From an uncultured virus (IMG/VR IMGVR_UViG_3300027896_000015) (Duplodnaviria > Heunggongvirae > Uroviricota > Caudoviricetes), in IMG/VR virus record IMGVR_UViG_3300027896_000015: 64,000 bases of DNA. One strand, 5' to 3'. Position 1 is the stretch's first letter; each line of letters starts with the position of its first letter. The notes under the pieces are model-generated. The model was not told the DNA's origin and ran no database searches. It worked only from the letters and a program-made list of their open reading frames with translations. The translations under genes were made by a program, and so were the position numbers. Shown piece by piece: positions 59,220 to 64,000 of this stretch.

Positions 59220-59302
59220 GCGGGTGTAGCGGAGCGGTTTTCTAAACCGTGCATTGTACCGTAATTGGACGCATGGGGGTTCAACTCCCTCCTCCCGCAC
59301 CA
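59220..59302 (+). tRNA. Atypical tRNA-Arg(TCT), D-arm missing
   Basis: Acceptor stem, loop TTTCTAA, long extra arm, T-arm, ACCA. Confidence 0.65.
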
Positions 59303-59317
59303 TGTAAAACAGGAGGA

Positions 59318-59629
59318 ATGACGATGCTGAAGAAAACGTTCGATGCTGGGATCAGATTCTTCGGTCCCAAAAACAAGAAGCTCAAGATCGTCCTGGCGGA
59401 TCAGGACATGGTGAGCTTCTCCGACAAGCAGGCGGCCGAAATTCTTAAAGTTCTCGGTCACGAAGAGGCGCTGATCACGGACGAGAGCTGCGTTTCGGAC
59501 TTCTCGCCGGACAAGAAGACTCTGGCGAGGCTGTCGAAGCTGCTGGGGTTCGACGTCAAGCCGATCGACAGGATTGCCGTTTTGGCGCGAATTTTAATGG
59601 TGCAGCCGAGAAGCTTCAGGGCAAAATAG
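59318..59629 (+). CDS. Hypothetical protein
   Basis: AGGAGG RBS. Confidence 0.6.
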   Translation: MTMLKKTFDAGIRFFGPKNKKLKIVLADQDMVSFSDKQAAEILKVLGHEEALITDESCVSDFSPDKKTLARLSKLLGFDVKPIDRIAVLARILMVQPRSFRAK

Positions 59630-59641
59630 CGTTCAGGATGT

Positions 59642-60085
59642 TCATTTTATCAGTAGACGCAGCAGCGCCTGTTCCAGCTTCTTGACCGCTACGGGATCAT
59701 CTGGTGTATCAGGAATATCCCTCGCGGCTGGAACCCCAGGTCTGACGGCCAATGGGCCTTTTAGTCCCTCGGCTTTGGCAAAACGATCCATCCATTCCCG
59801 TGTGCCTGCAATTTCGCCAGCAGCATCCACAATGCGCCCATTTGGCAACAGAAGCCCAAAATGTTCAGTTTGTTCATTTTGGCCAATTAAACTAACGATC
59901 CTCACCAGATCTCCACCATATATCCGCTGCAGGGCCTTCGCCGCGATCAGGCAACCGCCGTCGAAAGGCCCGCTGCCGGCGATGGAGTCCATCAGGATGC
60001 CCGCCACTTCGTTGGTCCTGAAGGCGTCGGCGACGTTCATTCCAGATTTCGCATTCTTGTCGGCGGATATTTTGACGATCCTCAT
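59642..60085 (-). CDS. Hypothetical protein beginning MRIVKISA
   Basis: AAGG-N19-GAA promoter; 'GGC..A.AL...H......IVDAAG' hints at a Cys-His-Asp triad. Confidence 0.6.
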   Translation of the reverse strand: MRIVKISADKNAKSGMNVADAFRTNEVAGILMDSIAGSGPFDGGCLIAAKALQRIYGGDLVRIVSLIGQNEQTEHFGLLLPNGRIVDAAGEIAGTREWMDRFAKAEGLKGPLAVRPGVPAARDIPDTPDDPVAVKKLEQALLRLLIK

Positions 60086-60212
60086 GGGCAATCTCTCATG
60101 CTTCTATTTCGTCGGATGCTTGTCGGCGACCTTCTATGCAGGACATCCGGAGTCGGTTCAGGAACAATAAACACACTGATTGCTGGAAGGAAAATCAACC
60201 TGAGGATGAGCC

Positions 60213-61010
60213 ATGAAAAAGCTGAAGATCGTTATGTCCAGAAAGGAATGGGAGAACGCAGGGCTGAAGGCCGGATGGATCAAGGCGTCCGCAGCAGTCG
60301 CCCCGACGGTGGCCCCATCGTCATCCGTGCCCGCGGGCGTTCCGAAGCGCGACAAGGGCACCGTTCCTGAAATCCCGTACGAGAAGGGCGCGCTCAAGGA
60401 GCAGATCAAGTACCTGCTGGACGCCGGGATGTCGGAGGAGGAGATTCTCAACCGGATGCTGCGCGGCACGATCGGGACCGAAAGCGCCGCGGCCGCCAAA
60501 AAGTGCATGGGCGTCATTCGAGAGGCGCTTGACGAACTGAAGGAAGAACACCCCAAGTTTTCTCCCAATGTCCTTCAGGAGATAGCCTCCCAGAACGCCA
60601 AGATGAAGACGGCGGCGGTCGGGCACAGTATCATCGACAGGGTCATCGACAAGTCGCCGATAGCCGGAAAAATCCTGGACAGCCTAGGGGAAGCCGCTTT
60701 GGCGGGCGCCATCAAGATCGTCGAGCAGATGATGGCCGGCAAGCGGCCAGTCGAGTCCGTCGCCCCGACTGCGGCGGACATGGCGAAGGTCGAAGCTCTC
60801 GCCAACCAGGTTCGGTCCGCGTCGTCCCAGGATGGCCTCACAAAGGTCGCCTTTGACGTCGACCAGGTCAGGCTGGCGGTCATCGTCATCCTGCTTGCCT
60901 TGGGCGTTTATACAGGCGGCAAGGCCGTCACAAAGGCCCTGGACATTGGCAAGGAGCGGGCAGCGGCGATCGAACAGGCGTCCGACATGATGCAGAATCC
61001 AGGAGCGTGA
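60213..61010 (+). CDS. Hypothetical protein sharing a domain with 13947..15977; C-terminal hydrophobic helix
   Basis: 'QIKYLLDAGMSEEEILNRML..AKK.M'. Confidence 0.65.
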   Translation: MKKLKIVMSRKEWENAGLKAGWIKASAAVAPTVAPSSSVPAGVPKRDKGTVPEIPYEKGALKEQIKYLLDAGMSEEEILNRMLRGTIGTESAAAAKKCMGVIREALDELKEEHPKFSPNVLQEIASQNAKMKTAAVGHSIIDRVIDKSPIAGKILDSLGEAALAGAIKIVEQMMAGKRPVESVAPTAADMAKVEALANQVRSASSQDGLTKVAFDVDQVRLAVIVILLALGVYTGGKAVTKALDIGKERAAAIEQASDMMQNPGA

Positions 61011-61093
61011 CGGTCGTCAAAAGCCCTTGACTTTAGTCCGCCAATGTGCTATTCTGGCGTCAGAAACAGTGAAGAAAGGATCGGTTCTCAAGC

Positions 61094-61276
61094 ATGATCA
61101 GGAAGGCATACCGGAAGCTGGGCAAAATCGGATGGGGGCAGTTTCTGTTCGTGGCCGCCGCCGCGCTGATCGTCGGGGTCATCATCGGCCTGTCTTGGAA
61201 GCTGATCCAGATTCATACTTGCGGCGTCGAGGTCAGGGAGAACGGGATTACGTCCGTCGTTCATGCCGCGAAGTGA
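61094..61276 (+). CDS. Small membrane protein
   Basis: Single hydrophobic helix. Confidence 0.5.
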   Translation: MIRKAYRKLGKIGWGQFLFVAAAALIVGVIIGLSWKLIQIHTCGVEVRENGITSVVHAAK

Positions 61277-61282
61277 TTTTTG

Positions 61283-61446
61283 AAGGTTTTGTCGCCTCGA
61301 TTAAGGAATAAGGGCGGTAGGAGAGAACAATGAGATTGCAGCGCAACAATAGCCAAAATGCACCGAGGCCTGACGGCCTTCGGGCGGGCTGATTGTTGCC
61401 CCGTTCGGACACCCTCAGGTCGGAAGGCCTGGGGGTTTTTGAGTTT
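61283..61446 (+). promoter_or_regulatory. Promoter + Asn/Gln leader peptide + attenuator
   Basis: AAGG-N19-GAATA; AGGAG RBS; leader 61330-61392 MRLQRNNSQNAPRPDGLRAG; terminator 61411-61440. Confidence 0.82.
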
Positions 61447-61451
61447 AAAAT

Positions 61452-61539
61452 ACCGGAGTGGAGGAGAACTGATATTCCCCCAGGTTGTTACCCTGGAGCC
61501 GCAAGGTCATTGCTGGTTTAATCCCAGCCTCCGGTGCCA
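61452..61539 (+). tRNA. tRNA-Asn(GTT) with long variable arm
   Basis: Loop TTGTTAC. Confidence 0.8.
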
Positions 61540-61550
61540 TTTTGTTAATT

Positions 61551-61624
61551 TGGTCCTTGGTGTATCGGCTGCACGCGAGTCCCTGAAATTCTAGGACTGG
61601 GTCCGACTCCCGGAGGACCAACCA
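61551..61624 (+). tRNA. tRNA-Gln(CTG)
   Basis: Loop CCCTGAA; weak anticodon stem. Confidence 0.75.
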
Positions 61625-61627
61625 TCT

Positions 61628-61702
61628 AGGCCCATGGGGTATAGGTTGCCCATCTGCCTTTGAAGCAGAAAGAGGTGGTCCGATTCCATCTGGGCCTGCC
61701 CA
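61628..61702 (+). tRNA. tRNA-Gln(TTG)
   Basis: Loop CTTTGAA; 3' end GCCCA. Confidence 0.8.
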
Positions 61703-61723
61703 ACACGCCGCATTTGTTGTATA

Positions 61724-61975
61724 ATGGACGCAAGCAAGGAGCATCATATGGAAAGGAAAGTCGTCAGCTGGGAAATTGACATCGACCTTGACGACGTCAC
61801 GGTCGACCGCATCAAGAAGATGGCGCTGGAAAGGATCAAGAACGACACGCCGGCCTTGGTGAACTACGGGGCGAACATCATCCTGAAGGAATATCTGGAG
61901 CGGCAAGAACGCTGTTCGTCCGAAAAATGCTGTTCGTCCAAGGGGAAGAAATGTCGTCGCCAGCCAAAGCCCTGA
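61724..61975 (+). CDS. Small hypothetical protein
   Basis: Promoter and AAGGAG before ATG near 61748. Confidence 0.55.
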   Translation: MDASKEHHMERKVVSWEIDIDLDDVTVDRIKKMALERIKNDTPALVNYGANIILKEYLERQERCSSEKCCSSKGKKCRRQPKP

Positions 61976-62385
61976 TCAGGTTCTTTTCGGGCATCTGGAA
62001 GCGTTCCGTCGTCTGCGGCCGCGGGCGGTCAGCGTTCGCCGCAGGATGGCGGGCCGTCAGGGACAACTACATCCTGATGCATCGGAAGTGCGAGATCTGC
62101 GGCTACATGCCTTCCGGTAAGCTGGAATCCAACAACGATGTTCACCATATCGTTCCGAGGCATGTCGATCCTGGAAGAATCTGCGACGAGTCCAACCTGA
62201 TGACCTTGTGCCAGAAATACAAATGCCATCTCCGGTTCGGGCATTTCGGGGACTATCGCCGCTACTACAATCCGCGCATCAGGGAAATATTTCCGAATGC
62301 CGGTACAGACATGTCCGCAGAGGAGAACAGGGCCAAAGGGATCGACTCGCCGCCTGCCAGTTCGTCAGACAGCTGGGACGACTGA
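61951..62385 (+). CDS. Small HNH endonuclease
   Basis: 'CEICG..VHHIVP..NLMTLC..CHLRFGH'. Confidence 0.8.
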   Translation: MSSPAKALIRFFSGIWKRSVVCGRGRSAFAAGWRAVRDNYILMHRKCEICGYMPSGKLESNNDVHHIVPRHVDPGRICDESNLMTLCQKYKCHLRFGHFGDYRRYYNPRIREIFPNAGTDMSAEENRAKGIDSPPASSSDSWDD

Positions 62386-62542
62386 TTTTTTCTCTTGCGT
62401 TCCGCGGAAGAATTGTTGTACAATGATCGTCTGCACCATGTTAGGTGCAGTGACGTTGAAATATCAGTACAAATGCGGCCAAGGTTGCGCAAGGTTAGTT
62501 GTACTACGGTGTGCCGGACGACTGTCTGGAAACTTTAAGCGC

Positions 62543-62573
62543 AGCGGGGGCTGTTTCCAGCCCCCGCTTTTTT
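62543..62573 (+). terminator. Intrinsic terminator
   Basis: AGCGGGGGCTG-tttc-CAGCCCCCGCT followed by a T-run. Confidence 0.8.
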
Positions 62574-62672
62574 GTTGACTTTGTTCTCGGGGTTTTGTAT
62601 CGTATCAGCCATGCAGACAGCAGAACGGTTTGCGAAGATCATCCGGCGAGCGGAGAAACAAGCAGGAGCGTC

Positions 62673-63074
62673 GTGAACATCTACCGATTAGCCATGGCCG
62701 TGTCCCGATCCGAGTACACCAAGGACGCATACAACGATCTTTCCGGCGCGTTCGGGGAGTTCATGAAGTACAGGACGGCGGACATGAACCGCTGCTACCA
62801 TGAGCGCGACCAGTGGAAACAGGAGTACCGGAAGCTGATCGATGCGGCTTTCGTCAGGAGCATAGGCAGGCCGCCGAAGGGGTCGTGGGATCAAAAGAAG
62901 GTTCTGCGCGGCGTCGTCGATTTGCTGCGTTCTGAGGCCGCCTGGTATGCCGACGTCGCCGCGCGCCGCCTTGTCGTAAGATACGGGCGCGGCATCAAAG
63001 TCAAGCCGTCTTTGAACGACGCCAAGGAATTTTTCGATTTCGTCGAAGCGGCAATCAATTCTGTTTTGGGGTGA
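62673..63074 (+). CDS. Hypothetical protein
   Basis: AGGAG + GTG start. Confidence 0.5.
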   Translation: MNIYRLAMAVSRSEYTKDAYNDLSGAFGEFMKYRTADMNRCYHERDQWKQEYRKLIDAAFVRSIGRPPKGSWDQKKVLRGVVDLLRSEAAWYADVAARRLVVRYGRGIKVKPSLNDAKEFFDFVEAAINSVLG

Positions 63075-63077
63075 AGC

Positions 63078-64000
63078 ATGATCATGATCAAATCTCCTGA
63101 CGGACGAAAGCCGATCTTCTCGTGGTGCCCCGACGCGGACGACGGGACCATCAGCCAGATGACGGTCATATCCTCCCTGCCGTTCGTCGATCACTGCGCC
63201 CTGATGCCGGACGCCCATGTCGGCATGATGATGCCGATAGGCGGAGTCGTCGCGTGCGACGGAGTCGTGGTTCCGAATTTCGTCGGAATCGATATTGGCT
63301 GCGGCGTAAAGGCCCTTCAGACCTGCATCAAGGAGGACGAACTGTCCGACCAGGGCCGGCAGGATATCCTTGCTGAGCTGGCGAAGTCAGTCCCCGTCGG
63401 ATTCGCGCACAACGACGCGGCAAGAATTGCCCGAATCATGACGTTCGACGGGCCGGTTGTGAGATACGTCTCCGGCTTGATCTCAAATGAGCCTCGGCAC
63501 AATCCTGTCGGAGACGTCGCCGCCAGCGTGCAGTCGCAGATCGGCACTCTCGGAGGCGGGAACCATTTCCTTGAGTTCCAGCGCGACGAGTTCGGAAGAG
63601 TATGGATCATGATCCATTCCGGATCGCGCAACATCGGAAAGAAGATCGGCGACTATTTCAACGGCGTCGCTTCCGACTTGAACGCAAGGAACTTCGCGTC
63701 GGTTCCCAGGGACATTCCGTTTCTTCCGACCGATTCCGAAGAGGGCAGGTCGTACCTGGAATGGATGCGTTTCGCCCTTGAGTTCGCGAAGTTCAACCGC
63801 TGCGAGATCATGAACGACGCCGTCAGGGTTCTGGAGACGGTTACTGGGAAGAAGTATTACCGGCTTGAAGAGCAGTTCGTTGACATCGACATCCACCACA
63901 ATTACGCGTCCCTGGAGACTCATTTTGGCAAGGAAGTATGGGTCCACAGGAAAGGGGCCACCTTGGCTTCCAAGGACACGGTCGGCGTCATCCCAGGGAG
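63078..64000 (+). CDS. rtcB: RtcB RNA ligase (3'-truncated; not in the ORF track)
   Basis: 'MPDAH.G..MPIGGV', 'DIGCG', 'GTLGGGNHFLE', 'IHSGSR', 'HHNYA', 'HRKGAT'. Confidence 0.93.
   Translation, partial: MIMIKSPDGRKPIFSWCPDADDGTISQMTVISSLPFVDHCALMPDAHVGMMMPIGGVVACDGVVVPNFVGIDIGCGVKALQTCIKEDELSDQGRQDILAELAKSVPVGFAHNDAARIARIMTFDGPVVRYVSGLISNEPRHNPVGDVAASVQSQIGTLGGGNHFLEFQRDEFGRVWIMIHSGSRNIGKKIGDYFNGVASDLNARNFASVPRDIPFLPTDSEEGRSYLEWMRFALEFAKFNRCEIMNDAVRVLETVTGKKYYRLEEQFVDIDIHHNYASLETHFGKEVWVHRKGATLASKDTVGVIPG

Noticed and set aside
62423..62578. Fifth leader-peptide attenuator
   Set aside because: The ORF runs through the terminator and no tRNA follows.
1..64000. Stop-codon recoding or suppressor tRNAs
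   Set aside because: Conserved genes are intact under the standard code, TAA/TAG/TGA all terminate genes, and no CTA/TCA/TTA anticodon is present.

Overview
64-kb segment of a large (jumbo/huge) tailed-phage genome, GC-rich, standard genetic code, mostly + strand. Left to right: (1) giant Ser-rich virion/adhesin-like proteins (Ig-like repeats, split vWA); (2) a replication block (SF2 helicase, putative initiator with a 33-bp palindromic repeat array, degenerate DnaC-like loader, DnaB, primase Zn-finger, dCMP deaminase, RecJ); (3) ClpC-like ATPase and DnaJ; (4) a long accessory region with DNA methyltransferases (six in the window), glycan-type methyltransferases/deacetylase, HNH nucleases, an IS200/IS605 element, a tmRNA, an unassigned 345-nt structured RNA, a Thg1-like protein, RtcB and 20 tRNAs in four clusters. 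Main discovery: every tRNA cluster lies behind a promoter, a short leader ORF and mutually exclusive antiterminator/terminator hairpins, and each leader contains the codons read by the tRNAs of its own cluster (Leu/Ser/Ile-ATA; Met/Trp; Arg/Asp; Asn/Gln). This looks like a set of codon-sensing attenuators that switch on replacement tRNAs when the matching host tRNAs fail. Also notable: a solitary type I-C CRISPR repeat, a tmRNA with a 34-aa tag, a fixed-spacing AAGG-N19-GAA promoter class tied to a shared N-terminal peptide motif, and a possibly nuclease-dead TnpB. All calls were made by eye from motifs, with no database searches. Several start codons were moved downstream of the supplied ORF starts.
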